This document shows, piece by piece, positions 38,365 to 48,297 of a stretch of 64,000 nt of DNA (its first letter is position 1; each line of letters begins with the position of its first letter). The notes beneath the pieces were generated by a model. The model worked only from the letters and a program-made list of their open reading frames with translations. It did no database searches and was not told the DNA's origin. Position numbers and translations under genes: made by a program. The stretch is from the NCBI GenBank assembly GCA_048270185.1, contig JBLWTJ010000001.1, positions 512,001-576,000 of the forward strand. The letters are read 5' to 3'. Source of the DNA: Bacteriovoracaceae bacterium (GTDB lineage Bacteria; Bdellovibrionota; Bacteriovoracia; Bacteriovoracales; Bacteriovoracaceae).

Positions 38365-40057
38365 TCTTATCCCCCGCACGATCAAGATTGATTACCTTCT
38401 CACAATACTTAAGAGTTGACTCACGGTGAGCAACCCAAACCATTGTTGATTCAGGTAGAAACTTATTAATATTTGAAAGAATTGACTCTTCAGTAACTGT
38501 ATCAACGGCCGAAAGACAATCATCAAGAAGTAAGATCTTAGGCTTTCTTACGAGAGCACGAGCAAGTGTTAATCTTTGCTTTTGACCACCAGAGAGATTC
38601 ACTCCCCACTCTCCAAGTTGTGTATCTAGCCCATCATCAAAGCCTTCAACATCACCTTTAAGTCCAGCGATCTCTAGTACTTCCCATAATGTCTCATCAT
38701 CAAAATCTTGATCCATTAATATATTGTTTCGAATCGAATCCGCAAATAGAAAGGATTTTTGATGTACCATCGTAATATGAGAACGTAAGAATTTATGACT
38801 GTATTCTCCAAAATCTCGACCAAAGAACTTCACTTCACCTCTAAAGTCTCTCTCTAAACCACTTAGAATATTTAGGAGTGTCGTCTTGCCTGTTCCGATC
38901 TGACCAATAATCCCAATACGCATTCCGCGATTAATATCGAGGTTAATATCATTTAAAATATCGACACCTTCCTCGTAACGAAAACGCAGATTTTTAATTG
39001 AAAAAATACTATTACCTATTAATTCATGGTCTTCATGCTTTGAAATTAAATACTCTTCTTTCATGTGAGTATAAATTTCAGCGAGGCGTCTTAATGAAGT
39101 AAATGACTTACGCCAGTCCGAGATGATATAGCCAAGCTCCATTAATGGATCTTGTAATAAAAGAACAAGTCCTTGAATCGCCACAAATTCTCCAACAGTG
39201 ATATCACCATTCATAAGAATACTAAAACCATATGTGAAGAGAATGAGATAGGTAGCAACAGATGCCATTCCGGAGGAAGGAATATAGAGCATCGAGGTAT
39301 TATTAGCATCTAATCTCATCTTGCGATACTTCTGAGCACCAGCAAAGAGACGCTTGTACCAGAAGAAGGCCGTATTCCCTAGTTTCTGAAGCCTAACAGT
39401 TGAGATGGCCTTTGAAGTCTCATCATTAAAATATGATAAGTAGTCTTGGGCCACATCATAGCGCTCCATCTCAATTGTTGAAATATAGCGAACAAGAACG
39501 GGAACAATTAGAAGTGCTAGTGTTGAGATAATTGTAATCTTCACATTGATCATGAAAAGTGAAATCAGAGTAAAGAGTCCTAAGAAGAGAACGTCAGCTG
39601 CACCAACGAGGGTGAAACCAAAGACAAAGCGCCCTTGCCCAACATCACTATTGGCCGCACTCATAAGAATACCCTTTGGATATTTATTAACAAGGGTATT
39701 AACAGAGAAGTACTGAGCATTTTGCCAAATATCATCTTTTAGAAAACCACCTGCGTGGTGAGTTTGACGTCCTAAGAATATACGCCAACCAACTCGTCCG
39801 AAATAGAGAAAAACTCTTGAGAGTAATACGGCCGAGAATATATAGAAGAATTTATGCTTCAAATCATCGCTAACAATGAAGTAATCGATTGTCCAAGAAG
39901 GCATGGTTTTATGGGTGAAGAAATCCACCACATCCCCCATGGCACGTGAGTAAAATACCTGACAAATATTGCACACTACTATTGAAACAATCCCTAAGAA
40001 GTAAGCTGATTTTTTGCGGCGTAAATAATTCAACCAAATTTTATAATGCATACTCAT
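38357..40057 (-). CDS. ABC exporter half-transporter (TMD+NBD), degenerate Walker B subunit
   Basis: GQIGTGKTT, LSGGQKQR, LLLDDCLSAVD; heterodimer partner of previous gene. Confidence 0.9.
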   Translation of the reverse strand: MSMHYKIWLNYLRRKKSAYFLGIVSIVVCNICQVFYSRAMGDVVDFFTHKTMPSWTIDYFIVSDDLKHKFFYIFSAVLLSRVFLYFGRVGWRIFLGRQTHHAGGFLKDDIWQNAQYFSVNTLVNKYPKGILMSAANSDVGQGRFVFGFTLVGAADVLFLGLFTLISLFMINVKITIISTLALLIVPVLVRYISTIEMERYDVAQDYLSYFNDETSKAISTVRLQKLGNTAFFWYKRLFAGAQKYRKMRLDANNTSMLYIPSSGMASVATYLILFTYGFSILMNGDITVGEFVAIQGLVLLLQDPLMELGYIISDWRKSFTSLRRLAEIYTHMKEEYLISKHEDHELIGNSIFSIKNLRFRYEEGVDILNDINLDINRGMRIGIIGQIGTGKTTLLNILSGLERDFRGEVKFFGRDFGEYSHKFLRSHITMVHQKSFLFADSIRNNILMDQDFDDETLWEVLEIAGLKGDVEGFDDGLDTQLGEWGVNLSGGQKQRLTLARALVRKPKILLLDDCLSAVDTVTEESILSNINKFLPESTMVWVAHRESTLKYCEKVINLDRAGDKSE

Positions 40058-40080
40058 TGCAAAGATTATATGATTTTATT

Positions 40081-40512
40081 ATGAGATTTCATATTTTTTT
40101 ATCATTAATATTATCGATCACTTCACCAATCTACGCCCTAGATGACTTTGACTCGGGCCCAGGAAACGCCAAAATATTTCGCATCACGGCACTTGAGGAA
40201 TATGTAAAGAAAATCAAAGACGAAATTGGAAAAGTTGAAGGCAATGTCGACAAGAAGTATATGAAGGAAATCGAGGCCATCAAAAAAGAAATTGTTGAAT
40301 TAAAATCAAAAGAAGTAAATAACGATGGATTGGCCGTCTTAGAAAAGAGAATCGATAACCTCGAACTTAAGCATGCTGATGAGATGAAGAAGATGGAAGC
40401 TGAACTTCGTAACTTCAAGCAGAGTATTGATCAGTCACTTCTGGATTTATCTAATAAGATTCTGCAAAGAATTCAGATTTTTGAAAAGTATCTACAAAAG
40501 CCAGCTCCTTAA
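40081..40512 (+). CDS. Secreted coiled-coil protein
   Basis: Start revised to MRFHIFLS; signal peptide; heptad-rich mature part. Confidence 0.7.
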   Translation: MRFHIFLSLILSITSPIYALDDFDSGPGNAKIFRITALEEYVKKIKDEIGKVEGNVDKKYMKEIEAIKKEIVELKSKEVNNDGLAVLEKRIDNLELKHADEMKKMEAELRNFKQSIDQSLLDLSNKILQRIQIFEKYLQKPAP

Positions 40513-41669
40513 TGTGAACAATAGTGGTATCCACTTTTGATTCCACCAAGCTTCTTAGCTATCGTTGGCTGCGTTAAGTAGATGGCCACAAGTCTCTTAT
40601 TATTTGGGACATAAGAAGAGCCCTTCACAAGTTCCTTATCAAGACATAGCTCACTTCTAAGGTTATCAGTAGCAATTCCAGAGATCGCCACTACTTCTGC
40701 ACTAAACCAATCAGCAAAGACTTCATCCAATTGATCTTTTTGTTTCCCAGGTAGTGGGTATAGGCTTCGATTACAAGTTGGATTATCACGTAAACTTTTT
40801 GCAACTTCCGGCTTTAAAATTTGATTCTTAACTAAGAAATCAAGTTGTGAATCATCTCTGGCCAGTGCCTGAACACTTGTTGAATTTCTTAAACACAGGT
40901 GTACATTGTGAAAAGGGTTCTTTCCTTTATAAGTTGAAGAAAAGCGACAACTATCAAAAGAGTGTGCAATCTCGTGGGCCATAAGACTGACAAGAGTTGC
41001 TTTATACTTGGGATCAGCGAAATTTAATCCTTCAAGACCAATGTTAATTTCATTAGCAGTTGGATCGTAGGCAAACCCCCATTCAAGGAAGTCACGAGGA
41101 GCTTTTTCAACTTTTGTTCCTAAGACCTTACTAGGAATAAAGATCTTAAGCTCGTCAACTTTCTTTTTAATCGCTGGATAATTTGCATCTTTTCCCATTT
41201 GTAGCTTTAGAACATCAAGAGCACTGGCCTTGGCCACATTAAAGCTTAACTCTAGAAGATGAACTTTCTCTTTTGTATAAACTTCTTTAAAAACAGCACT
41301 TAAGCGTTCATCGACATATTTCTTAATTTGAGATGGACGATCTTTAAGAGAGCCAGTAGAGAGAACAATATTGTCGATATAATAGAGTCTCCACTGCTTG
41401 GCCACATTAACAGGATCACTAACATCAAGCTTTCTTCTTTTAATCCAAGAAGTCACAACGGGACTTTTCTTTGCGATGAGACTTCCTAGTGCTTCATCAG
41501 CAACGGCCGCAATAGGCTTAGAATTTGCTAGGTCGACTTTAAATTTAGAAACTGCATTGGCAAGAGTTTCATCCTTGTTAAAATCAACCCCTCGGCAATA
41601 TGACTTTGCCACAGAGTTTGCGAAAATAGAAAATGAGATAAAGAATGTGATTAGATATTTCATTGTCAT
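40509..41669 (-). CDS. Secreted zinc metallopeptidase (M13-like gluzincin)
   Basis: AHEIAHSFD and EVFADW, FAYDP...NEI; signal peptide. Confidence 0.75.
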   Translation of the reverse strand: MTMKYLITFFISFSIFANSVAKSYCRGVDFNKDETLANAVSKFKVDLANSKPIAAVADEALGSLIAKKSPVVTSWIKRRKLDVSDPVNVAKQWRLYYIDNIVLSTGSLKDRPSQIKKYVDERLSAVFKEVYTKEKVHLLELSFNVAKASALDVLKLQMGKDANYPAIKKKVDELKIFIPSKVLGTKVEKAPRDFLEWGFAYDPTANEINIGLEGLNFADPKYKATLVSLMAHEIAHSFDSCRFSSTYKGKNPFHNVHLCLRNSTSVQALARDDSQLDFLVKNQILKPEVAKSLRDNPTCNRSLYPLPGKQKDQLDEVFADWFSAEVVAISGIATDNLRSELCLDKELVKGSSYVPNNKRLVAIYLTQPTIAKKLGGIKSGYHYCSH

Positions 41670-41699
41670 ATTTTAAGTGACAATGAAATATCTTACAAA

Positions 41700-42485
41700 T
41701 TAAGTTGAAGGTGAAACAACTTCCTGATCAAAGTGGTTTGACTTCATACCACAATCCACAAGGATTCCAGTGGCATTGATCCCACTTGATGCATTTGAAA
41801 GTAAGAAGGCCACCGTATTAGCAACTTCAAGAGTCTTCAAGGCCTCTTTTCTCATAGTTAGTTTTTCTGCAAAGATATAATTATCAATATAGCCAGGAAT
41901 ACCTGCAGAAGCTGAAGTCTTTAGAGGGCCTGAGCAAACACTATTAAAGCGTACACGAGAGAATTCACTAAAACTTTTGGCCATATATGAGCAAGTTGTC
42001 TCAAGCATAGACTTGATTGGACCCATATATCCATATGAAGTCGCCTTCGTATCTGAAATTGAGATTGTCACAACAGAAGCATCAACTTCAAAATTCGAAC
42101 GAAGAGCATTTGATAACTCAACTAACGAGAATGAAGAAATTTGAGTGGCCTGCGCAAAATCTTCCCATGAAGTTTCATGAAATGGTTTTGGGTTTGCAAG
42201 ATTGGCAAAAGCAATCGAGTGAAGCATCCCAGAAAGCTTCAATTGACGATTTTTAATTTCAACAGAAAGTCTTTCAATATCGTCCTTCTTTGTAACATCA
42301 ACAATGAAACTTAAAGCTTCAGGAAAGAGCTTTTCTAACTTCTTTTGATGCTCTTCACTTTGCACAGTGAAAATACACTTTCCACCATTATCAATAATGG
42401 TCTTTGCACTAAAGTAAGCAACACTCTTCTTATTGGCCACACCAGTAATTAAATAGACCTTATCTTCAAATCCTAAAAAACTCAT
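41700..42485 (-). CDS. fabI: Enoyl-ACP reductase (FabI family)
   Basis: GVANKKSVA, HSIAFA, YGYMGPIK, GPLKTSASAGI. Confidence 0.85.
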   Translation of the reverse strand: MSFLGFEDKVYLITGVANKKSVAYFSAKTIIDNGGKCIFTVQSEEHQKKLEKLFPEALSFIVDVTKKDDIERLSVEIKNRQLKLSGMLHSIAFANLANPKPFHETSWEDFAQATQISSFSLVELSNALRSNFEVDASVVTISISDTKATSYGYMGPIKSMLETTCSYMAKSFSEFSRVRFNSVCSGPLKTSASAGIPGYIDNYIFAEKLTMRKEALKTLEVANTVAFLLSNASSGINATGILVDCGMKSNHFDQEVVSPST

Positions 42486-42488
42486 TAT

Positions 42489-42902
42489 TTAAACCTTTGC
42501 ACAAACGAAATCAATAGCAAGAACGACTTTCCCATCAACTCGTGATCTTCCTTTAAAGAAGTATCCATTTGCAAGTTGTTCAGTTAGTTCAACTTCCATC
42601 ACAAGTTCATCACCAGGGCGAACCATATTCTTAAACTTAGCACTATTAACTTTGGCGACAACACCAAGCCCAGCTTCACCTTCTCCCGTGGCCATTAAAC
42701 AGGCACCGCTTTGAAAGATTGCCTCTTGCAAGAGAACTCCGGGCATCACAGGATTACCAGGGAAGTGGCCTTTAAAGAAATCTTCATCCCCAGTAACCTG
42801 GTAACTTGTGATGATCTTCTTACCTTCTCTTTCAACAATCTTGTCCACAAAAAGAAAAGGCTCTCTTTGAGGAATTAAATCTTTAACATTTAAATCACTC
42901 AT
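42489..42902 (-). CDS. fabZ: 3-hydroxyacyl-ACP dehydratase (FabZ family)
   Basis: IPQREPFLFVD, FFKGHFPGNPVMPGVL, KFKNMVRPGD. Confidence 0.9.
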   Translation of the reverse strand: MSDLNVKDLIPQREPFLFVDKIVEREGKKIITSYQVTGDEDFFKGHFPGNPVMPGVLLQEAIFQSGACLMATGEGEAGLGVVAKVNSAKFKNMVRPGDELVMEVELTEQLANGYFFKGRSRVDGKVVLAIDFVCAKV

Positions 42903-43642
42903 TAAAGTCCACCTGTTACTTCTAAAGATGCACCAGTGATATAAGCGGCCTTATCAGAAGCGAGGAACATAACCGCATTGGCCACTTCTTCAACTTTACC
43001 AAAACGCTTAAGAGGTACTTGTTTCTTATACTCTTTAACCTGCTCAGCTGGTAAATCAGCAATCAATTCCGTTTCAATAAAACCAGGACATACGTTATTG
43101 ATTGTAATTCCTTTCTTACCAACCTCTTTAGAAATTGATTTACTCATGGCAACCTGTCCAGCTTTTGAAGCAGCATAATTTGCTTGCCCAGGAAGACCAA
43201 GGCTTCCACCAACTGAGCTCATATTGATTATTCGTCCATATCTTTTAGATAAGAAATGATTAACCGCTCTTTTAGTCATAAGAAAAGTTCCAGTAAGGTT
43301 AATATCAAGAACTCTTGACCAATCTTCATCTGGCATAATTGGCGATAAATTGTCCTTTCTTATCCCAGAGTTATTAACTAAAATATGAATTTGAGGAAAT
43401 TGCTCATTCATACGATTCCAAAAAGCTTCGACTTCACTAGCATTAGAAACATCAAAAGCTTCTAAGAAAAGTTTTTCACCAAGCTCTCCTAATTCAGCTT
43501 TAAATTCATTAGCGGCATCGTGATTTCCAGCATAAGTTGCAACAACAGTTGCACCACTTTCAAGGAATGCTTTAGCAATTCCTTTTCCAATCCCTCTTGT
43601 TCCACCAGTTACAATGGCAACTTGATCATTGAAATTAAACAT
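42902..43642 (-). CDS. fabG: 3-oxoacyl-ACP reductase
   Basis: TGGTRGIG, NNSGIRKD, GQANYAASK, PGFIET. Confidence 0.92.
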   Translation of the reverse strand: MFNFNDQVAIVTGGTRGIGKGIAKAFLESGATVVATYAGNHDAANEFKAELGELGEKLFLEAFDVSNASEVEAFWNRMNEQFPQIHILVNNSGIRKDNLSPIMPDEDWSRVLDINLTGTFLMTKRAVNHFLSKRYGRIINMSSVGGSLGLPGQANYAASKAGQVAMSKSISKEVGKKGITINNVCPGFIETELIADLPAEQVKEYKKQVPLKRFGKVEEVANAVMFLASDKAAYITGASLEVTGGL

Positions 43643-43657
43643 ATATTTCCCTTTTAA

Positions 43658-45094
43658 TTAAGCTTCAAAGCTATCTAAGTAAGTATTTAAATCGTGTGCT
43701 GTGATAACACCGTAATTTGCGGCTCCTAACCAACCAGACATAATAATTCCAACTGAACCTGAGTGATATAATCCTTCAACTTCTTTTGGCAGATTTTTAG
43801 AAACTTCTAGCCCTTCGAACTTCGTTCCAAAAGAAGACCCAAAGCGATGATGAGTATACTTCTCTACTGTTAACGGACTTGATACCGTAGCGTATTCAAC
43901 TTTATCTCTAAAGCCTGGAACTAATTTATCCATTGTTGAGATAGCGTTCTCTTTTAAGTATTCTTTTCTCTCGTTATACTCTTCTTCGCTCAAATCCTTC
44001 CAATCCTCATAGCGTGCATTAATACTTGAAACAACAGCGTACTTTTGTTTCATATGCTCACGCATGCTTGGATAGTAGATTGAAAAAGTTTGAGAGTGAG
44101 CTTTTGGAGAAAGAAGTAAATCCGTATCAAAGTGATCAGAACTTGAGTAAAAAATTAGCTCACCAATATTAGGTAGCGACTCTCCTTCTTTTAGGCCCAT
44201 AAAAACCTGACAAGAAGATGAGTTCATACGAACATTCTTTGCATTTTCAAGATACTCACTTGAGTACTTTGCATTTGGAGTCATTTTAAAAATAGTATTA
44301 TAAAGTGCTGAGTTAGAAATCACCGTCTTTGAATTAACAACTTCGTCACCAAAGCGAACCCCTGCTGCTCTACCATTTTCAATGAGAATCTCATCAACCT
44401 TTGTGTGAAGTTTGATGTCGACACCATTATTAAGTAACTCATCCTTCATCATACCGATTAACTTATCAGTACCACCTCTAAAGATATAAGCACCTTTATT
44501 CATAAAATTAGAAAAAACGATCCCAAAAGTGATGGCCTCGTCTTCAAGTGTTGAACCATTTGCATAAGCAATTGGCTCTAATAAGAAACGAACAACATCA
44601 TTTCGGCCAGGAAAGTATTTTTCAAAGAGCTGGCCATTGGTCATATTCTCATCATCATAGAAATTCATTTCACGAAGCTCTGTGAAGAAGCCTACGACAT
44701 GGTCACGATCAAGCTCAAATTTCTCAACAAGAATATTAATATAATCTTCTTTGGTAAAATCTGTATCAATTTCAAATTGTGGATTGATAAAGCGAATCTT
44801 ATCCACACGCTCAATACAGTCAGCAATTTCTTTAGACCAGTAACGACGACAAGTTTTAACCATTCCATATGGAAAGCCATGAAGAGAGATATCAAAGATA
44901 TGTCTTTCACCTTCATTTGTTGGGCGTCTAAACCAAGTAGCAAATCCACCTAATTTATTATGAGATTCAAGAAGTAGAACACTACGTCCATCTCTTGCTA
45001 ATTTATTTGCTGCCGTCATCCCAGCAAGGCCTGAGCCTACTACGATGACGTCGTATTCTTTAGTAATTAAATCTTTTTTCTTAAGTAATGCCAT
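43658..45094 (-). CDS. Phytoene desaturase-family FAD oxidoreductase
   Basis: GSGLAG FAD motif, LESHNKLGG, IFRGG, SPLTVEKYT, GLYHSG. Confidence 0.85.
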   Translation of the reverse strand: MALLKKKDLITKEYDVIVVGSGLAGMTAANKLARDGRSVLLLESHNKLGGFATWFRRPTNEGERHIFDISLHGFPYGMVKTCRRYWSKEIADCIERVDKIRFINPQFEIDTDFTKEDYINILVEKFELDRDHVVGFFTELREMNFYDDENMTNGQLFEKYFPGRNDVVRFLLEPIAYANGSTLEDEAITFGIVFSNFMNKGAYIFRGGTDKLIGMMKDELLNNGVDIKLHTKVDEILIENGRAAGVRFGDEVVNSKTVISNSALYNTIFKMTPNAKYSSEYLENAKNVRMNSSSCQVFMGLKEGESLPNIGELIFYSSSDHFDTDLLLSPKAHSQTFSIYYPSMREHMKQKYAVVSSINARYEDWKDLSEEEYNERKEYLKENAISTMDKLVPGFRDKVEYATVSSPLTVEKYTHHRFGSSFGTKFEGLEVSKNLPKEVEGLYHSGSVGIIMSGWLGAANYGVITAHDLNTYLDSFEA

Positions 45095-45096
45095 TC

Positions 45097-46248
45097 TTAT
45101 TTTGTCTTTAAAACCAGAGTTGATAATTTATTAGTTTCTTTATTTAAAACGTAAACGATAAATGCGATCGTTCCATTGTCATTGATTCTTGGAGCATGAA
45201 CAAAAGGAGATGTCGTTGCATCAACAACTTCATAGTTTTTACCAAGAGCTTCAATCTTATCACCTTCAGCAATAACTTGTGACCAAGTACCATCAACATA
45301 CTTAAAGATTGCAGCATCACCCTTCTTATTATAACCACGAATGAGAACGTCACCATTAGCATTGATTGAAGGCGCAAAAGCATCAAATTTTGTGATCATA
45401 TCACCAATAACAAGGATTGGTTTAAGGACTCCATTCTTTGAAGCGTATAAAGTGCGACCTTGTTCAGTCTGAGTCCAAACAGCAATATCACCATTAATAT
45501 TAACTGCGTATTGGTTTAGGATACTTTGAATCTTTGAAGAAGGTTGTCCATCACGATCTTGCATAACGATAGTACGAGTTCCTCTTTTAATATTGTATAG
45601 ATAGAGTCGATCAGGTTGTGACTCAGCAACACCTTTGCCCATTCTTACTTTAGTTAGAACGTAATTACCTTTTGAAGCTGGAGAGAAGATATAACCCATC
45701 TCTTTATTAAAGCTTGAAAGTATGTCCTTATCTTCACCTTCGTGCTTGATTACGACTTTTGCTTTATTCGTTCCAAATGAATGACGATAAACGAGAGTAC
45801 CTTCAGCATTCATTCCAACGCCAGAAACGCCTGTAAACATACCTTCGAAGTCTTCAATTTGAGTCTTCTCACTTGTTTCTAGATTGATTTTATAAATTCC
45901 AATGTGCTCAAAACCATTATTTGGAGCGTAAACAACATGGTCATCACCAGTAATTTCATCATTAAATAAATTAAAGCCACTTAGAGCATTATCTTTATTG
46001 GCCCCATAGAATTTGAGATCACTTCCATCATTGCCACATAGAATTCCATATTTTGAAATCCCACCGGAAGCACCACTAAAAGAAAAGCAAACCTTTCCTT
46101 TATTTGAAAGTCTAAGTGAAGTTGAAATCCAGAAAGTTTGCTCTGGAAGGTTGTATGTAAGTTCACCACTACTAGCGAGTAGTTCATAATTTGCTTGGGC
46201 GCTAACAAGTCCTAATGAGACAAGGGCCACTTTTAATAAATTTTTCAT
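45097..46248 (-). CDS. Secreted beta-propeller-like protein with NxxGxxAF-type repeats
   Basis: LSNKGKVCF, MNAEGTLVY, NINGDIAVW, INANGDVLI, INDNGTIAF; signal peptide. Confidence 0.7.
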   Translation of the reverse strand: MKNLLKVALVSLGLVSAQANYELLASSGELTYNLPEQTFWISTSLRLSNKGKVCFSFSGASGGISKYGILCGNDGSDLKFYGANKDNALSGFNLFNDEITGDDHVVYAPNNGFEHIGIYKINLETSEKTQIEDFEGMFTGVSGVGMNAEGTLVYRHSFGTNKAKVVIKHEGEDKDILSSFNKEMGYIFSPASKGNYVLTKVRMGKGVAESQPDRLYLYNIKRGTRTIVMQDRDGQPSSKIQSILNQYAVNINGDIAVWTQTEQGRTLYASKNGVLKPILVIGDMITKFDAFAPSINANGDVLIRGYNKKGDAAIFKYVDGTWSQVIAEGDKIEALGKNYEVVDATTSPFVHAPRINDNGTIAFIVYVLNKETNKLSTLVLKTK

Positions 46249-46380
46249 ATAGATTCCCCAGAAATGTATTGAAAGTGTGTGTTATTAAAGGCGTTATCAT
46301 ACCTAAAGGGCCACATTTCGGCTAGAAAATGCGATGGATTTTTTTGTGCCAAATCATTAAAAATAGGTTAGATTTATGCA

Positions 46381-48288
46381 ATGTCGATACTATGTAACCT
46401 TAAAAATATAAATCTCGCCTTTGGGCAGAAAGTCATTTTCAATAACGCACAATTCTATATTGAGCACGGCGATAAGATCGGCCTCATTGGCCTAAATGGT
46501 ATGGGAAAATCTTCTCTACTTAAGATTATAAATAACGAGATTACACCAGATTCTTCGACTCCCCCATTTACTTTTGAGAAGGCCACGGCGCAACAAGGTC
46601 CAACACTAGAATTTAGTGTGTTCAAAGTAGATCAAAACTTCTCAATTCCAAGTTCAGAGACCAGTATTGCGGATTACTTCTACTTTCAATACCAAGACTT
46701 TAAAGAGTTAAATAACAAACTCCAAAGCCTTGAGCTGACAAATGAAGCAGATCTTGAAAAGCAAAACACTATCATGGAAGAGTTAGAGCATAAGAATTAC
46801 TGGGAGCTCAAAAATAATTATGAAAGTTATATTAAGGCCTTTGGCCTAAGCGATCTCGATGCAAAAGTTGAAGGACTCTCAGGTGGAGAGCAAAAGAAAA
46901 TTCAATTAAGCCTAGGCCTAACGGCAAGAGAGAATCTTATACTATGGGATGAGCCTACAAACCACCTCGACTTTGAGACCATTGAACAATTTGAAGATGA
47001 AATCATGAAGTCAAATAAGACTCACGTCATTATCTCCCATGACCGTTATCTACTTTCTAAAGTAACAACGAAAATTTTTCATATTCACTCTGGCGTTGTC
47101 TCTCCTTTTAAAGGAACATATGCACAGTACCTCGAATTTACAGCGGCCCAAGAAGAGCTTCGCTTAAATTCTTTAACAAAGCTCCAAAACTCTCTTCGCA
47201 GAGAGACCGCTTGGATGCGCCAAGGAATCAAGGCCCGTGGTACTCGTTCAAAAAAACGAGTTGAAAATTTTAACGATCTTTCAAAAGAGGTTCAAAAACT
47301 TAAAGACCAAGCACGTAGCCAACTTGATCTTGCCATGAATGATAGCAACCGCAAGACAAAGCAACTGGTACAACTAAAAGATGTGGACTTTGGTTACGCT
47401 GATGCGACACCTCTTTTTAAGGGTGTAAATCTTTCTATCTTTAAAGGCGACAAGGTCGGTGTTCTTGGTGAAAATGGTGTTGGTAAATCGACACTGATGA
47501 AGCTTGTGGCCGATAAGCTTACAAATACGTCCGGTACAATAAAAAGAGCTGATGATCTAAAGGTTTGTCTCTTCTCACAAAAGAGAGATGAATTTGACTT
47601 ATCCAAATCACCATATGATTTATTAGGTGAAGGAGAAGATTTTATTCACTTTAAAAATGGCCGCTCAATTCATGTGGCAACTTACTTTCAAAACTTTCTC
47701 TTTGATCGCGGCGAAATGCACAGACCACTTTCAAGCTTTTCAGGAGGTGAACTTAATCGTCTCCAACTAGCTCTTAATCTCAAGAATGAAGCTGATATAT
47801 GGATTTTTGATGAGCCCACAAATGACCTCGATATTGAATCGATTGAAATCCTCGAAACGAAACTTGCGGAATTTGAAGGAACAGTTATCGTCATCTCCCA
47901 CGACCGCTCTTTCTTAGAAAATATCACTAATCGCGTCTGGCTTATCGAAGACCAACAGGTAACAAAGTTCTCAAGTGGATTTACATTTGTACGTCCATAT
48001 CTTGAAGCACGTCAAATAGAGAAAGACTTAGATAAGACGAGTAATGTCGAAGTAAAAGAAAAAGTAAAAACCGAAGTCATTGAAGTAAAGAAGCCTGCAG
48101 TTAATACTGATAAAATCGAAGAAGAAATAATGGATCTCGAGTCACAGATTGAAAAGATTGATGAACTTCTTTCACGCTTTGATTATTCAAATATGGACGA
48201 TGAAAAGAACCAGCTTATTGCAGGCCTTAATCAAAAAAAGAGTGCCTTATCTGAACAGATCGACACTCTCTTTGAAAAATTATCGTAA
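46381..48288 (+). CDS. uup: ABC-F ATPase, Uup-like
   Basis: Two NBDs (GLNGMGKS, GENGVGKST), DEPTNHLD/DEPTNDLD, WMRQGIKARGTR linker. Confidence 0.88.
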   Translation: MSILCNLKNINLAFGQKVIFNNAQFYIEHGDKIGLIGLNGMGKSSLLKIINNEITPDSSTPPFTFEKATAQQGPTLEFSVFKVDQNFSIPSSETSIADYFYFQYQDFKELNNKLQSLELTNEADLEKQNTIMEELEHKNYWELKNNYESYIKAFGLSDLDAKVEGLSGGEQKKIQLSLGLTARENLILWDEPTNHLDFETIEQFEDEIMKSNKTHVIISHDRYLLSKVTTKIFHIHSGVVSPFKGTYAQYLEFTAAQEELRLNSLTKLQNSLRRETAWMRQGIKARGTRSKKRVENFNDLSKEVQKLKDQARSQLDLAMNDSNRKTKQLVQLKDVDFGYADATPLFKGVNLSIFKGDKVGVLGENGVGKSTLMKLVADKLTNTSGTIKRADDLKVCLFSQKRDEFDLSKSPYDLLGEGEDFIHFKNGRSIHVATYFQNFLFDRGEMHRPLSSFSGGELNRLQLALNLKNEADIWIFDEPTNDLDIESIEILETKLAEFEGTVIVISHDRSFLENITNRVWLIEDQQVTKFSSGFTFVRPYLEARQIEKDLDKTSNVEVKEKVKTEVIEVKKPAVNTDKIEEEIMDLESQIEKIDELLSRFDYSNMDDEKNQLIAGLNQKKSALSEQIDTLFEKLS

Positions 48289-48297
48289 TTTATTTTT

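Noticed and set aside
43658..45094. Carotenoid biosynthesis crtI
   Set aside because: No crtB/crtE/crtY nearby; context is fatty-acid synthesis
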